In this document: positions 16,635-28,339 of the stretch, piece by piece
Numbering within the stretch: the first letter of the stretch is position 1
Layout: every line of letters begins with the position of its first letter
Assembly: GCA_946480835.1 (NCBI GenBank)
Contig: CAMLLC010000010.1
Span: 2,858 to 66,857 of the forward strand
DNA length: 64,000 nucleotides
DNA from: an uncultured Ventosimonas sp.
GTDB taxonomy: Bacteria > Pseudomonadota > Gammaproteobacteria > Pseudomonadales > Pseudomonadaceae
Direction: 5' to 3'
Position numbers and translations under genes: made by a program
Notes under the pieces: generated by a model
Seen by the model: only the letters and a program-made list of their open reading frames with translations
Database searches by the model: none
Told to the model about the DNA's origin: nothing

Positions 16635-17852
16635 TTACAGCAATTTACGGCCTTTTTGAGCTGCAATACGTAACCTTAATGCATTCAATTTAATAAAGCC
16701 TGCTGCATCTGCTTGATTATAAGCGCCACCATCTTCTTCAAAAGTAGCTATATTAGCATCAAATAATGAGTCCTCTGACTTACGACCCACTATCATCACA
16801 TTACCCTTATATAATTTTAACCTTACGATACCATTCACATATTGCTGAGATTCATCTATCATCTGTTGTAACATAATACGTTCAGGACTCCACCAATAAC
16901 CATTATAAATTAAGCTAGCATAACGCGGCATGATACTATCTTTAAGGTGCGCCACTTCCCTATCTAATGTAATAGATTCAATCGCACGATGTGCTTGGAG
17001 CATAATAGTACCGCCTGGTGTTTCATAACATCCCCGCGATTTCATACCCACATAACGATTTTCAACAATATCCAAGCGACCAATACCATTAGCACTGCCT
17101 AAACGATTTAATTCAGTTAACACGTTAGCCGCAGACATTGGCTTACCATCGATAGCAACAATATCACCTTTGTGATAAGTTAACTCAAGATAAGTTGGCG
17201 AATCAGGCGCTTTTTCGGGCAATACCGTCCAACGCCACATATCTTCTTCACTTTCTGCCCAAGTGTCTTCTAAAACGCCGCCTTCATAAGAGATATGTAA
17301 CAAATTGGCATCCATTGAATAAGGAGACTTTTTCTTACCATGACGCTCAATAGGAATATTATTCTTTTCAGCATAATCCATTAACTTTTCACGAGATAAC
17401 AAATTCCATTCACGCCAGGGGGCAATTACCTTAATGCCCGGTTTTAGAGCATAAGCCCCTAACTCAAAACGAACCTGATCGTTACCTTTACCCGTAGCAC
17501 CATGTGCGATAGCATCGGCTCCTGTCTTATTAGCAATTTCAACCAATCTTTTAACAATCAATGGGCGTGCAATTGATGTTCCTAATAAATACTCTCCCTC
17601 ATAAATAGTATTAGCTCGAAACATAGGAAACACAAAATCACGTACAAATTCTTCGCGTAAATCCTCAATAAAAATTTCTTTAACACCTAACGTTTTTGCT
17701 TTCGCCCGAGCAGGCTCTACTTCTTCACCTTGCCCAAGATCCGCAGTAAAGGTTACTACCTCACATTGATAAGTATCTTGCAACCACTTGAGTATTACTG
17801 AGGTATCCAAGCCACCTGAATAAGCAAGGACAACTTTTTTTATATCTGCCAT
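16635..17852 (-). CDS. argG: Argininosuccinate synthase
   Basis: [47 protein letters not shown]. Confidence 0.98.
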   Translation of the reverse strand: MADIKKVVLAYSGGLDTSVILKWLQDTYQCEVVTFTADLGQGEEVEPARAKAKTLGVKEIFIEDLREEFVRDFVFPMFRANTIYEGEYLLGTSIARPLIVKRLVEIANKTGADAIAHGATGKGNDQVRFELGAYALKPGIKVIAPWREWNLLSREKLMDYAEKNNIPIERHGKKKSPYSMDANLLHISYEGGVLEDTWAESEEDMWRWTVLPEKAPDSPTYLELTYHKGDIVAIDGKPMSAANVLTELNRLGSANGIGRLDIVENRYVGMKSRGCYETPGGTIMLQAHRAIESITLDREVAHLKDSIMPRYASLIYNGYWWSPERIMLQQMIDESQQYVNGIVRLKLYKGNVMIVGRKSEDSLFDANIATFEEDGGAYNQADAAGFIKLNALRLRIAAQKGRKLL

Positions 17853-18029
17853 GCTATAACTCCACAAATTTTAGTTTATAAATTAATTGAGTTTACTGCA
17901 CATTCTATTGAATTTACAGAGGCAAATTAAAAATTTTTGATACTGTCATAATAATGAATTAAATCTGTTTTCTAGTTGCGATACAATCTCAACTAGCGTT
18001 TAATAACCTATTAAATATAAAAGGAGATT

Positions 18030-18455
18030 ATGGTGAAAAAGATATTGTTAAGTCTATTAATATTAACATCTCTTATGGGGTGTCAAATGACTAAATCTAC
18101 CAACCTTACCCCTGCTGATTTATATGGTGAATATGAACTAGTGCAAGTTGATCAAGCACCCATCGAAAAAACTCTAGACCGAGCTATGACCTTAAGTTTT
18201 GAGCAAGGGGTAGCCGACAACCTTAAAGTCTATGGGGTACTCTGTAATAACTTTATGGGGCAAGTAGCGCTAAAACAAGGAAAAATAACCAGCCAAGGTT
18301 TAGCCTCTACTCGTATGAGCTGTTTTCGTGAAAAAGAAGCCACTATGGAAAACTTCTTAAACGCCATGTTAGAAGAAGGTGCTAGCTTAACTTTACAAAG
18401 CACCACCTTAACGATAGAAGGTGCGGGCCATAAATTTGTGTATAAAAAACGTTGA
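18030..18455 (+). CDS. META-domain (HslJ-like) lipoprotein
   Basis: Lipobox LMGC; CNNFMG...ASTRMSC two-Cys META signature. Confidence 0.85.
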   Translation: MVKKILLSLLILTSLMGCQMTKSTNLTPADLYGEYELVQVDQAPIEKTLDRAMTLSFEQGVADNLKVYGVLCNNFMGQVALKQGKITSQGLASTRMSCFREKEATMENFLNAMLEEGASLTLQSTTLTIEGAGHKFVYKKR

Positions 18456-18593
18456 TCACTCACCTTTTTAGAGGTAACCCGTTAAAATATTCAATAACCC
18501 TTTTAGTTAGTTAAGAGAGGACTTCATATACTTGTAGCTCATCATGTCATATGCTGTTAACTCTGTAACAAGACTCCTACTGGAGATTATCTT

Positions 18594-19205
18594 ATGCCCC
18601 AAACAAAGACTTTATTAGATCTTTTAAAAAATCGTCGATCAACTACCACTACTTTATTAACAGGGCCTGGGCCTACTCCTGCGCAACTGCACGATATCCT
18701 GACGATAGGGCTTAGAGTACCAGATCATGGCAAATTAGAACCTTGGCGACTAATAGTAGTAGAAGGAGCAGCTAGGCAAGTGCTAGGTAAAAGGTTAGCA
18801 GAAGATTTTTATACAGAAAAAAATACGTTAACTGAACGACAACAAGAAAAACTAAGTAATATCATCATGTACTCAGTTACAGATGTCCCGTTAATGATTT
18901 ATGTGGTCAGCTCTTTCAATGAAAAAGCTACTAATATTCCCAGAGATGAACAATTATTATCGGCTGGCGCTGTCTGCATGAATATTATTTTAGCAGCTAA
19001 TGCCATGGGCTATGGTGCAAACTGGATTAGTGGTTGGTTAGCCTATAGCCAACGTGCAAAAAACACCATAGGAATCAAATCCAATGAGCAAATAGCAGGC
19101 GTTATCTTTATTGGTACTGGTAGTAATCAATTGGCAGATCGAAAAAGGCCAGATTTACAAGAAAAAGTCCACTATTGGTCAATAGGGGAAGACTCTCAAC
19201 CATAA
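18594..19205 (+). CDS. Nitroreductase-family protein (YdjA-like)
   Basis: LLKNRRS, RVPDHGKLEPWRLIV, AMGYGANWISG, IAGVIFIGT. Confidence 0.88.
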   Translation: MPQTKTLLDLLKNRRSTTTTLLTGPGPTPAQLHDILTIGLRVPDHGKLEPWRLIVVEGAARQVLGKRLAEDFYTEKNTLTERQQEKLSNIIMYSVTDVPLMIYVVSSFNEKATNIPRDEQLLSAGAVCMNIILAANAMGYGANWISGWLAYSQRAKNTIGIKSNEQIAGVIFIGTGSNQLADRKRPDLQEKVHYWSIGEDSQP

Positions 19206-19287
19206 TATTCACGAATAACCAACCAGTAAGCTTTTAAAATAAGCTATACTATGATGAAATCATCAATTTAACTGTAATAAACGAATT

Positions 19288-19764
19288 ATGGCTAAAAAGA
19301 AAAAAGTATATCCTGGTAATATTGCACAAAACAAAAAAGCGCTACATGATTATTTTGTAGAGGAAAGTTTTGAGGCAGGTATTGCCTTATCGGGGTGGGA
19401 AGTTAAAAGTCTACGAGCTGGAAAGGCACAGCTTACTGATAGTTATGTATTATTAAAAGATGGGGAAGCATGGTTGTTAGGTAGCCATATTATGCCATTG
19501 CAGACCATTAGTACTCACGTAGTAGCTGATCCAGACCGGACTCGCAAATTATTACTCCATAAAAAAGAATTAAGTAAACTATTTGGTTCTGTTCAACAGA
19601 AAGGTTATGCTTGTATTGCTTTATCGCTCTACTGGAAAAAACATCTAGTTAAGTGCCAAATAGCCTTAGCCAAGGGCAAAAAGGACTATGATAAACGTCA
19701 TACCTTGAAAGAACGTGATGCCAACAGAGAAATCCAACGCGCTTTTCGTAAAGAACAACGCTAA
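19288..19764 (+). CDS. smpB: SsrA-binding protein
   Basis: [45 protein letters not shown]. Confidence 0.98.
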   Translation: MAKKKKVYPGNIAQNKKALHDYFVEESFEAGIALSGWEVKSLRAGKAQLTDSYVLLKDGEAWLLGSHIMPLQTISTHVVADPDRTRKLLLHKKELSKLFGSVQQKGYACIALSLYWKKHLVKCQIALAKGKKDYDKRHTLKERDANREIQRAFRKEQR

Positions 19765-19792
19765 TTCACCCTAATTAATTTAAGAAATTGCT

Positions 19793-20989
19793 ATGTTTGA
19801 ACAAGTTACAGCTTATCTAGGTGATCCTATTTTCTCCCTAGTTGAACAGTTTCATAACGACCCTAATGACGCCAAAGTAAATTTAAGTATTGGCCTTTAT
19901 TATAATGAACAAGGTGAAATTCCTCAGCTTGCTTCTGTTAAACAAGCCTTATCAGTTATCCAAACAGAACAATTAAAAAAACCTTCTCTTTATTTACCTA
20001 TGCAAGGATTACCAGCATATAGATCAGCGGTTTTACCTTTGATCTTTGGCAAAGATCACCCTTGTTTACTTGAAAATAGAGTTGCTTTTGCCCAAACTCT
20101 AGGTGGATCAGGTGCCCTAAAGATAGGGGCAGACTTTTTACATAACTACTATGCTAATGCTACTGTATGGGTTAGTGATCCTACTTGGGAAAATCACAAA
20201 GATATTTTCGCTGGCGCAGGTTTTAAACTCAAAAGTTATCCTTATTTTGACTCCACCACTTTGCGTGTTGATTGCAAAGCTATGTTAGCCGCTATTGAAC
20301 AAGCTGCCCCCCAAGATATTATTTTACTTCATCCCTGCTGTCATAATCCAACAGGGGCCGATCTTACCCCACAACAATGGGATACCCTGATACCTATTCT
20401 TCAACAAAAGCAACTTATCCCTTTCTTAGATATGGCTTATCAAGGTCTTGGCAAAGGTCTTAACGAAGATGCTTATGCTATTAGAGCTATGGCCAAAGCT
20501 GGCCTTACTCTATTAGTAGCCAATTCTTTCTCAAAAATCTTTTCTCTCTATGGTGAGCGAATAGGTGCATTAAGCGTTGTCTGTGAAGCTAACGAAACGG
20601 CTGAACGGGTACAAGGACAATTGAAAGCCACCATACGTCGTAACTATTCTAGCCCTCCAACTTTAGGGGCACAAATTGTCAGTCGCGTATTAACTGAAGA
20701 TAAATTAATTCAGACTTGGCTGCAAGATGTTGAGCAAATGCGTGTACGCATTAATAGCATGCGGCAAATGCTCGCCAACAAACTACTCACATTAGGTGTT
20801 AGTCAAGTTGAACATCTTACCCAACAACAAGGGATGTTCAGTTATACTGGTTTCAACAAAGAACAAATCACACGTCTGCGTACTAACTACAGTATCTATC
20901 TGCTTGATAGTGGTCGTATGTGCGTAGCAGGTCTTACTAATGACAATATAGATAAAATAGCTCAAGCGTTTGCTGCTATTCAAAAATAA
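19793..20989 (+). CDS. tyrB: Aromatic/aspartate aminotransferase, class I
   Basis: QTLGGSGALK, CCHNPTG, DMAYQG, NSFSKIFSLYGERIG (PLP Lys). TyrB versus AspC is not resolved. Confidence 0.85.
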   Translation: MFEQVTAYLGDPIFSLVEQFHNDPNDAKVNLSIGLYYNEQGEIPQLASVKQALSVIQTEQLKKPSLYLPMQGLPAYRSAVLPLIFGKDHPCLLENRVAFAQTLGGSGALKIGADFLHNYYANATVWVSDPTWENHKDIFAGAGFKLKSYPYFDSTTLRVDCKAMLAAIEQAAPQDIILLHPCCHNPTGADLTPQQWDTLIPILQQKQLIPFLDMAYQGLGKGLNEDAYAIRAMAKAGLTLLVANSFSKIFSLYGERIGALSVVCEANETAERVQGQLKATIRRNYSSPPTLGAQIVSRVLTEDKLIQTWLQDVEQMRVRINSMRQMLANKLLTLGVSQVEHLTQQQGMFSYTGFNKEQITRLRTNYSIYLLDSGRMCVAGLTNDNIDKIAQAFAAIQK

Positions 20990-21014
20990 AAACCCAACGT
21001 TATGTTGGGTTTTT
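20988..21014. terminator. Bidirectional intrinsic terminator
   Basis: AAAAACCCAAC-gttat-GTTGGGTTTTT between convergent tyrB and oprM. Confidence 0.85.
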
Positions 21015-21024
21015 AACTAGTTAA

Positions 21025-22554
21025 TTAAGCTTTTGGTTGGTCGTCATGAGGCTTTACCGTGCCTGATGTGCCTTCTTTAATAGTTTGGTTAACCTTGCCA
21101 TCAACCTTTTTCTGTGGTACTTGATTAGTTAATGTATTGGGCGTAGTAGCTTGCCAACCTCCACCTAACGCCTTATAAAGATTAACTTCACTAGTTAACT
21201 GTGCCAAACGTACATTAATTAAATCTTGTTGAGAACTAAATAATTGACGTTGTGCATCCAATAAAGAAATATAATTATCTATTCCCGCTTGATAACGTTG
21301 ATTAGCTAAATCATAATAAGTCTGATTAGCTGCTACAAAATTACTTTGCGCCACTACTTGCTCTTGATAAGTTTCTCTAGCCGCTAGACCGTCAGCTACT
21401 TCTCTAAAGGCAGTTTGAATAGTCTTTTCATAATTAGCTATATTTACATCTTTTTGGATTTTAGCGTAATCTAAATTACCTTTTAAACGACCTGCTGTGA
21501 AAATAGGTAAATTAATAGTAGGCTGGAATAACCAACTGCCTTGATGGTCGCTAAACAGATTAGAAAAATTAGTACTCATAGTACCAACATTACTAGTTAA
21601 AGAAATGCTAGGGAAAAACGCTGCTCGAGCAGCTCCTATATTAGCATTAGCAGCCATCAATTGATGTTCAGCAGCAATAATATCAGGCCGATTTTGGATT
21701 AAATCAGAAGGCAGACCTGCAGGAATTTCTTTCACATACTGCATGTCAAAGTTACTATCTTTAACATTTTTTGCATTGGCCGGTACTTCTTTACCTAATA
21801 ATAAGGTGAGTAAATTAATATCTTGTGCCACCTGACGCTTATAGGTAGCTTGACTTACTCTAGCTCCTTCCACTGCAGTACGAGCTTGTGCTAAATCTAA
21901 ACTTGAGGCGACGCCCACTTCATTACTACGCTTAATCAGATCATAATTAGATTCATAGTTTTGTAAAGTCTCTTCAGTTAATTTAAGCAAAGCTCTATCT
22001 GCTTGTAGCGTTAACCATGCATTAGCAACACTTGCAACTAAACTAATTTGGGTATTACGTTGCGCCTCTTGTGTTGATAAATATTGTTGCAACGCTGCTT
22101 CATTCAAGCTACGAATCCGCCCAAAGAAATCCAGTTCATATGAGGTAACCCCTAAGGTTACCCCCCAACTACTTCTTACACCAGATTTATTAGTTCCTGT
22201 TAAATCCCTCGGTAAATGCTGACGTGAACCTGAGCCTGTAGCGTCAAGTTCAGGATATAACTCAGATTTTTGAATGCGATATTGTGCTTCATAAGCTGCG
22301 ACATTGAGGGCTGCAATACGCATATCACGATTATTAGCTAACGCCGTTACTATTAAATTCTGTAGCTCTTTATCACTAAAAAATTGCTGCCAACCTAACT
22401 CTACATAATTAGCTTGTTGAGCACCTTTGGCATAAGCCTCTCCCGATGGCCACGCATCATTAACCGGTAAATTTGGCCTTTTATAATCGGGCATTAATGT
22501 ACATCCTGTTAAAGTAACAGTCATTATCATAATAGGTAAAAAAGATTTTCTCAT
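21025..22554 (-). CDS. oprM: RND outer-membrane factor lipoprotein (OprM/TtgC)
   Basis: Lipobox [51 protein letters not shown]. Confidence 0.95.
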   Translation of the reverse strand: MRKSFLPIMIMTVTLTGCTLMPDYKRPNLPVNDAWPSGEAYAKGAQQANYVELGWQQFFSDKELQNLIVTALANNRDMRIAALNVAAYEAQYRIQKSELYPELDATGSGSRQHLPRDLTGTNKSGVRSSWGVTLGVTSYELDFFGRIRSLNEAALQQYLSTQEAQRNTQISLVASVANAWLTLQADRALLKLTEETLQNYESNYDLIKRSNEVGVASSLDLAQARTAVEGARVSQATYKRQVAQDINLLTLLLGKEVPANAKNVKDSNFDMQYVKEIPAGLPSDLIQNRPDIIAAEHQLMAANANIGAARAAFFPSISLTSNVGTMSTNFSNLFSDHQGSWLFQPTINLPIFTAGRLKGNLDYAKIQKDVNIANYEKTIQTAFREVADGLAARETYQEQVVAQSNFVAANQTYYDLANQRYQAGIDNYISLLDAQRQLFSSQQDLINVRLAQLTSEVNLYKALGGGWQATTPNTLTNQVPQKKVDGKVNQTIKEGTSGTVKPHDDQPKA

Positions 22555-22558
22555 TGCA

Positions 22559-25500
22559 TTAATCCTTCGAATGGGCCATTTGTTCTTTTTCTTTGGCTGT
22601 TTTAATCTTAAACAAAGAACTCACCACAAGATAAAATAATGGGATCCAGAAAATAGCCAAGGTGGTAGCGGTTAGCATACCACCAACCACACCAGTACCA
22701 ATGGAATGTGCACTACCAGCACCTGCCCCACTAGCTTTTGCTAAAGGTAATACCCCTAAAATAAAAGCTAATGATGTCATTACGATAGGACGTATTCTGG
22801 TGCGACATGCCTCTAAAGCAGATTCAGCCAAACTTTTGCCACTTTCATGGAAAGCTTGAGCAAACTCAACAATTAAGATCGCATTCTTGGATACTAAACC
22901 TATAGTAGTTAATAAGCCCACCTTAAAGAATACATCATTGGTTAAGCCTCTTAAATGCGTTGCCAGTACCACTCCTATAATACCTAATGGTGCTACCAAA
23001 ATCACCGCAAAAGGAATGGCCCAACTTTCATAGAGTGCTGCTAAACATAAAAATACCACTATAGCTGCTAATGAATAAAGAGCTATTTCTTGCGCACCCG
23101 CTAGTTTTTCTTCAAATGACAAACCTGTCCAGGAGAAACCTATACTCTTGTTAGATAATTGGCCTATGAGTTTCTCCATTTCATTCATAGCATCGCCGGA
23201 ACTATAGCCTGGTGCAGATTCGCCCAAAATTTCAACCGCAGAGACCCCATTATAACGCTCAAGTTTAGGCGAACCCATAATCCATTGACTACTAATTAGA
23301 TTCGCTAATGACACCATTTCGCCTTTATTGTTGCGAACATACCATTTCTTGAAATCGTCAGGATTCATACGAGAGTTAGTAGCACCCTGAACATAAACCT
23401 TTTTAACCCGTCCTCTATCAATAAAATCATTGATATAACTACTACCCCAAGCAATGGAGAGTGTTTGATAAATATCAGTTAAAGCTACCCCATAAGCACT
23501 GGCTTTTTCTTCATCAACATATATTCTATATTGAGGTTCATCATCCAAGCCATTAGGGCGAACTTTAGCTAATTTTGGATTTTTAGCAGCTAAGAAGAGC
23601 AACTCATTACGCGCTGCCATCAAACCCTCATGCCCTACGCCACCTTGGTCTTGTAAAAATAAGTCAAAACCTGTAGCGTTACCCAACTCCATTACTGCTG
23701 GCGGAGAAAAGATGAACACTTGACCACCAATAAATTCGGGTTGAGTCATGAAGATTCCCATCAACCGTCCTGCTACCGAGGATACATCTTGACCTGGACC
23801 ATTACGTTTATCCCAGTCTTTCAGCATTACGAATGCCATCGCAGAACTTTGTCCACGACCGGCAAAACTAAAACCTGTCACCGTGAAGACTGACTGTACA
23901 TTGGCTCCTTCAGTATTCAGAATAGTTTTACGCATATTATCGACGATTTGCTGGGTTACATCAGCAGGCGTACCTTTAGGCGTTTGCACTTGGGCAAACA
24001 ACACTTTTTGGTCTTCAGCTGGCAATAGTTCAGTAGGAATAGCCCTAAACATGAAAACTATTACTGCACAAATAGCTAAGTAGATAATTAAAAATATCAA
24101 TTTATTCTTAAAAACTTTTGCTACACCACCTACATAAAGATTAACTGATTTATCAAAGGTTCTGTTAAACCAATTAAAGAAACCACCGAATAAGCCTTTT
24201 TTCACTCCATGTGAAGCATCAGCAGAAGATAACATGGTGGCACAAAGTGCTGGTGTTAATATTAATGCTACTAACACTGATAGGGCCATGGCAGCCACAA
24301 TAGTTACAGAGAATTGACGATAAATAATCCCCGTAGCACCGCTCATAAATGCCATAGGAACAAATACAGCTGATAGCACCATGGCTATCCCTACTAAGGC
24401 ACCTTGAATTTCATCCATAGATTTGCGAGCAGCTTCTCTGGCTGGTAGTTTTTCCTGCTCCATGATACGTTCAACGTTCTCTACTACCACGATCGCATCA
24501 TCCACCAGTAAGCCGATGGCCAATACCATAGCAAACATAGTTAGTGTATTGATAGAAAATCCAAAGGCAGCTAATACCCCGAATGTACCCAGTAACACCA
24601 CAGGTACAGCAATAGTAGGAATCAACGTTGCACGGAAGTTCTGTAAGAACAAAAACATCACCAAGAACACTAATACGATAGCTTCGAAAAGTGTATGAAC
24701 AACCATGTTAATAGATGCAGAAATAACAGGCGTACTATCGTAAGGATAGATAACTTCTACTCCTGCAGGAAAGAACGATTTTAATTTATCAACCGTTTCT
24801 CTAACTGCTTTAGCCGTATTCAATGCATTTGAACCAGTTGCTAGCTTTAATGCTATACCTGAAGCTGGCTTACCATTATTAAGGGCAGTGACAGAATAGT
24901 TTTCACTACCTAAGCTAATGTTGTCTGACACATCTTTAAGGCGTACTTGCGAACCATTAGTAGTCACTTTTAATAATATATTGCCAAACTCTTCTGGTGT
25001 TTGTAAGCGCGTTTTACTAATGATAGTAGCATTTAACTGAGTACCAGCTAGGGCAGGTAAACCACCTAATTGACCAGAAGATACTTGAATATTTTGCGCT
25101 TTAATAGCATTGCTTACATCAATAGGCGTTAACTGGTAATTATTAAGCTTGGCAGGATCTAGCCAAATACGCATAGAATACTGTGCACCAAACACTTGGA
25201 AGTCACCAACACCAGGTGTTCTTGCAATAGAGTCTTGCATATTAGAAACAATATAGTTACTGAGGTCAAAATTAGACATTGAACCATCATTAGAAACTAA
25301 ACCAACTACTAGCAAGAAGTTAACCGTTGCTTTAACCACCCTTATACCTTGCTGTTGAACTTCTTGAGGTAATAAAGGTGTTGCTAATTGCAACTTATTT
25401 TGCACTTGAACTTGAGCAATATCAGGATCAGTACCTTGCTCAAAGGTCAAAGTAATTTGCATATTACCATCTGAGTTACTTTGGGATGACATATAACGCA

Positions 25501-25723
25501 AATTATCTATACCATTCATTTGCTGCTCGATAACCTGCACAACAGTATCTTGCACAGTCTCAGCTGAAGCACCTGGATAATTTACCGAAATAGCAACCGA
25601 TGGCGCAGCAATACTTGGATACTGATTGACAGGCATGCTTACCAAGGATAAGCCTCCCGCCAACATGACAATCAAGGCTATTACCCAAGCAAAGATAGGG
25701 CGATCAATAAAGAATTTTGACAT
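22559..25723 (-). CDS. mexB: HAE1 RND multidrug permease (MexB/AcrB/TtgB)
   Basis: [33 protein letters not shown] (proton-relay DD), [23 protein letters not shown]; 1054 aa. Confidence 0.97.
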   Translation of the reverse strand: MSKFFIDRPIFAWVIALIVMLAGGLSLVSMPVNQYPSIAAPSVAISVNYPGASAETVQDTVVQVIEQQMNGIDNLRYMSSQSNSDGNMQITLTFEQGTDPDIAQVQVQNKLQLATPLLPQEVQQQGIRVVKATVNFLLVVGLVSNDGSMSNFDLSNYIVSNMQDSIARTPGVGDFQVFGAQYSMRIWLDPAKLNNYQLTPIDVSNAIKAQNIQVSSGQLGGLPALAGTQLNATIISKTRLQTPEEFGNILLKVTTNGSQVRLKDVSDNISLGSENYSVTALNNGKPASGIALKLATGSNALNTAKAVRETVDKLKSFFPAGVEVIYPYDSTPVISASINMVVHTLFEAIVLVFLVMFLFLQNFRATLIPTIAVPVVLLGTFGVLAAFGFSINTLTMFAMVLAIGLLVDDAIVVVENVERIMEQEKLPAREAARKSMDEIQGALVGIAMVLSAVFVPMAFMSGATGIIYRQFSVTIVAAMALSVLVALILTPALCATMLSSADASHGVKKGLFGGFFNWFNRTFDKSVNLYVGGVAKVFKNKLIFLIIYLAICAVIVFMFRAIPTELLPAEDQKVLFAQVQTPKGTPADVTQQIVDNMRKTILNTEGANVQSVFTVTGFSFAGRGQSSAMAFVMLKDWDKRNGPGQDVSSVAGRLMGIFMTQPEFIGGQVFIFSPPAVMELGNATGFDLFLQDQGGVGHEGLMAARNELLFLAAKNPKLAKVRPNGLDDEPQYRIYVDEEKASAYGVALTDIYQTLSIAWGSSYINDFIDRGRVKKVYVQGATNSRMNPDDFKKWYVRNNKGEMVSLANLISSQWIMGSPKLERYNGVSAVEILGESAPGYSSGDAMNEMEKLIGQLSNKSIGFSWTGLSFEEKLAGAQEIALYSLAAIVVFLCLAALYESWAIPFAVILVAPLGIIGVVLATHLRGLTNDVFFKVGLLTTIGLVSKNAILIVEFAQAFHESGKSLAESALEACRTRIRPIVMTSLAFILGVLPLAKASGAGAGSAHSIGTGVVGGMLTATTLAIFWIPLFYLVVSSLFKIKTAKEKEQMAHSKD

Positions 25724-25726
25724 TGC

Positions 25727-26878
25727 TTACTTTCCTGCATTACCTGGATTTTGATCAACAGAAGTAGGCTGACTAGCATTCTGTTCAATTGGATCAACTT
25801 GACTACCTGGCTGAACTTTTTGTAATCCTTTTATGACGATTCTTTCGCCATCTGCTATTCCCTTATCAACTAACCAAGTATTTTTATCAGCTATGCGAGA
25901 CACTTCAAGAACACGTTGCTCAACCTTATTATCTTTATTGACAATTAATGCGGTAGCTTGGCCTTGAACATTACGTGTAACACCTAATTGAGGAGCTAAA
26001 ATAGCCTTTTGGCGTACCCCTTCATTTAATCTTGCATGAACAAACATGCCGGGTAATAATTGATGATCCGGATTAGGGAAAATGGCTCTTAGGGTAACAG
26101 AACCTGTTGTTTCATTGACTGACACTTCAGAGAATTCAAGCTTACCCTCATGAGCATAAAGTGATCCATCCTCTAATATTAAAGTAGCTTTTGCAGCATT
26201 TTCACCTGCTTTTTCTAAACCACCACTTGCTAATTCCTGTCTTAACTTAAGAATATCTTTAGAAGGTTGCGTAACATCTACATAGATAGGATCTAGCTGA
26301 TTAATAGTTGCCATAGGATTAGCTTGACCTGTAGTAACTAAAGCACCTTCTGTTACTAACGAGCGGCTAATACGCCCTGAGATAGGCGCCAACACTTTGG
26401 TATAACGTAATCTTACTTGCGCTGTTTGTAGATTAGCCATGGCGGTTAAAAGTGCTGCACGAGCATCATCATATTGTTGTTGGCTAACTGCTTTAGTAGT
26501 TACCAATGATTTATAACGCTTTTCTAAGGCGCGCGCAGAGGCTAAGCTGGCTTCAGCACTTTGTACATTAGCTTTATAAATAGCCGGGTCAATTAAATAA
26601 AGCTGTTGCCCTGCTGTTACATCAGCTCCTTCAGTAAAGAATCTTTTTAAAATAATACCTTCAACTTGTGGTCTAACTTCTGCTACTCGATAAGCGCTAG
26701 TGCGACCAGGTAAATCTCTTGTTAAAGTATAGGGTTGAGCTTTTAAGGTTACCACCTCAACTTTCTGAAGAGGTCGCTGTTGCCCTGCTTGATTATCATT
26801 TTTATTACAGCCGCCCAACAAAAATGTGGAAAAAGTGAATACTGAAACCCAGATAGAAAAAGTTGGTTTTAATTGCAT
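25727..26878 (-). CDS. mexA: RND periplasmic adaptor lipoprotein (MexA/AcrA/TtgA)
   Basis: Lipobox LGGC, LPGRTSAYRVAEVRPQVEG, APISGRIS, TGSVTLRAIFPNP. Confidence 0.95.
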   Translation of the reverse strand: MQLKPTFSIWVSVFTFSTFLLGGCNKNDNQAGQQRPLQKVEVVTLKAQPYTLTRDLPGRTSAYRVAEVRPQVEGIILKRFFTEGADVTAGQQLYLIDPAIYKANVQSAEASLASARALEKRYKSLVTTKAVSQQQYDDARAALLTAMANLQTAQVRLRYTKVLAPISGRISRSLVTEGALVTTGQANPMATINQLDPIYVDVTQPSKDILKLRQELASGGLEKAGENAAKATLILEDGSLYAHEGKLEFSEVSVNETTGSVTLRAIFPNPDHQLLPGMFVHARLNEGVRQKAILAPQLGVTRNVQGQATALIVNKDNKVEQRVLEVSRIADKNTWLVDKGIADGERIVIKGLQKVQPGSQVDPIEQNASQPTSVDQNPGNAGK

Positions 26879-26931
26879 GGAAACAACCTCAGTTACAAGA
26901 GGAACTAAATTAATCTAGTAAAAATATTTGC

Positions 26932-26965
26932 TTAATTTACTTACATTCATACCTGTTTGTAAATA
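26932..26965 (-). promoter_or_regulatory. RND operon promoter with TtgR/AcrR-type TetR operator
   Basis: Minus strand TATTTACAAACAGGTATGAATGTAAGTA differs only in three central bases (GGT vs ACC) from the P. putida TtgR operator as I recall it. It contains -35 TTTACA, an 18-nt spacer and -10 TAAATT. Confidence 0.7.
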
Positions 26966-27233
26966 AAATATTTTAATATTTAACTTTTTTTCGTTAAAGA
27001 GTATTTCAGAGCATTACAAAACGACTTAGCCAACATGAATAAATAAAAGGTTTATTATCTTGAATGGCTTTCATTGTCTACTTTACGCTTTTAGAAATAG
27101 AAAAATTAATATACCCAACTAGAATAACATTAATAGCTAATTAATTTTAGATATTTTTATAAACTTGCTCAATAATTTGTACAAAAAGTGTTAAAATTCT
27201 TGAATATCACTTCAATAAATAACGGTTTTTAGC

Positions 27234-27557
27234 ATGTGGAAATTTCTTTTTATAATTTCAATATTAGTAGTGAATATTGCTTGCACCCAGCATGCTAAGT
27301 CAGCTTATAGCTCTACTAACAGTGCCTCCAGTGCGTCAAACGAACAGCCAAGCCAAGCTGACACTAGCGTAACTATCTATCAAGAAGGCGACAATACCAT
27401 TGAAGAACGGCGAGTAAAAGGCTTTTTATACTCTGTTAAAGTTACCCCCAGACAAGGTAAGCCCTATTATTTAATTAATGCTGATGGAGATAATAATACT
27501 TTACAAAATACCCCTCCAAAACAAAAAATTCCCTCTTGGACATTATTTAGTTGGTAA
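27234..27557 (+). CDS. DUF2782-domain putative lipoprotein
   Basis: Lipobox-like NIAC; VTIYQEGDNTIEERRVKGFLYSVKVTP..GKPYYLI and IPSWTLFSW. Confidence 0.8.
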   Translation: MWKFLFIISILVVNIACTQHAKSAYSSTNSASSASNEQPSQADTSVTIYQEGDNTIEERRVKGFLYSVKVTPRQGKPYYLINADGDNNTLQNTPPKQKIPSWTLFSW

Positions 27558-27562
27558 CTTAA

Positions 27563-28312
27563 ATGTCAAATATTTTACGGTTTTTATTAGCTATCTGCAT
27601 TATCAGTCATTTAGTTGCTTGTTTTAGCTTAGAGAGCAAAAGTAAGTTAAAACTAGCCAAACGTATAGAAACTGTTAATTGGTATCAACAGAAAAAAAAC
27701 TGTAATCAACAAACCCTTACTACTAATAATTGTCCCAGCTTCAAATTTGATGGCATTACTTTTAAACATCAACCATTATTAAATAATCTGATTGAACAAA
27801 AACTATTAAGTTTAGTCAAGGCTAAAAATCAGTCCTTATGGGATTATCAACAAAGCTACTTGGCTAAAGCGCATAATGGCGATCATATTTATTTTACTGT
27901 CAAAGTACTTAAACAAACTACAGCTCTTACCGTATTACAGCTTAGTTGTGAAGAACAACATAGCACTTATGTATATAGTACACCTAACATCGCTTTTATT
28001 AACTTTGATAATCAGACTAAACAAGATTTACAATTAACTGATATTATTCAGGGTGATCAATTACCAGCTTTTTGGAGTAATGCCCAATTAGTTTATAATC
28101 AATGGTTAGAGGTGAATCAATTGCTAAATAATGAAGTTTATCATCAGGACTGGCCATTTGTAAAAACACCCCATTTTGCCCTACTAACTAACGGTATAAC
28201 GTTACAATATGAAGCAAATACCTTGGCACCCTATGCAATGGGAATGCCTACCTTAGTAATACCTTACAACAAACTTGAGGGCATTGTTAAGCCTCAATAT
28301 ATAATCAATTAA
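27563..28312 (+). CDS. RsiV/DUF3298-family putative lipoprotein
   Basis: Lipobox LVAC; FINFDNQTKQDLQLTDI and HFALLTNGITLQYEANTLAPYAMGMPTLVIPY. Confidence 0.78.
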   Translation: MSNILRFLLAICIISHLVACFSLESKSKLKLAKRIETVNWYQQKKNCNQQTLTTNNCPSFKFDGITFKHQPLLNNLIEQKLLSLVKAKNQSLWDYQQSYLAKAHNGDHIYFTVKVLKQTTALTVLQLSCEEQHSTYVYSTPNIAFINFDNQTKQDLQLTDIIQGDQLPAFWSNAQLVYNQWLEVNQLLNNEVYHQDWPFVKTPHFALLTNGITLQYEANTLAPYAMGMPTLVIPYNKLEGIVKPQYIIN

Positions 28313-28339
28313 TATTTTTGAAAGATCAAAGGCTGAATT

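Noticed and set aside
18574-18585. CTCC-tact-GGAG hairpin hiding the nitroreductase SD
   Set aside because: A 4-bp stem is too short to distinguish from chance.
19765-19792. tmRNA (ssrA) next to smpB
   Set aside because: There is no room and no GGGGCTG.../CCACCA ends nearby.
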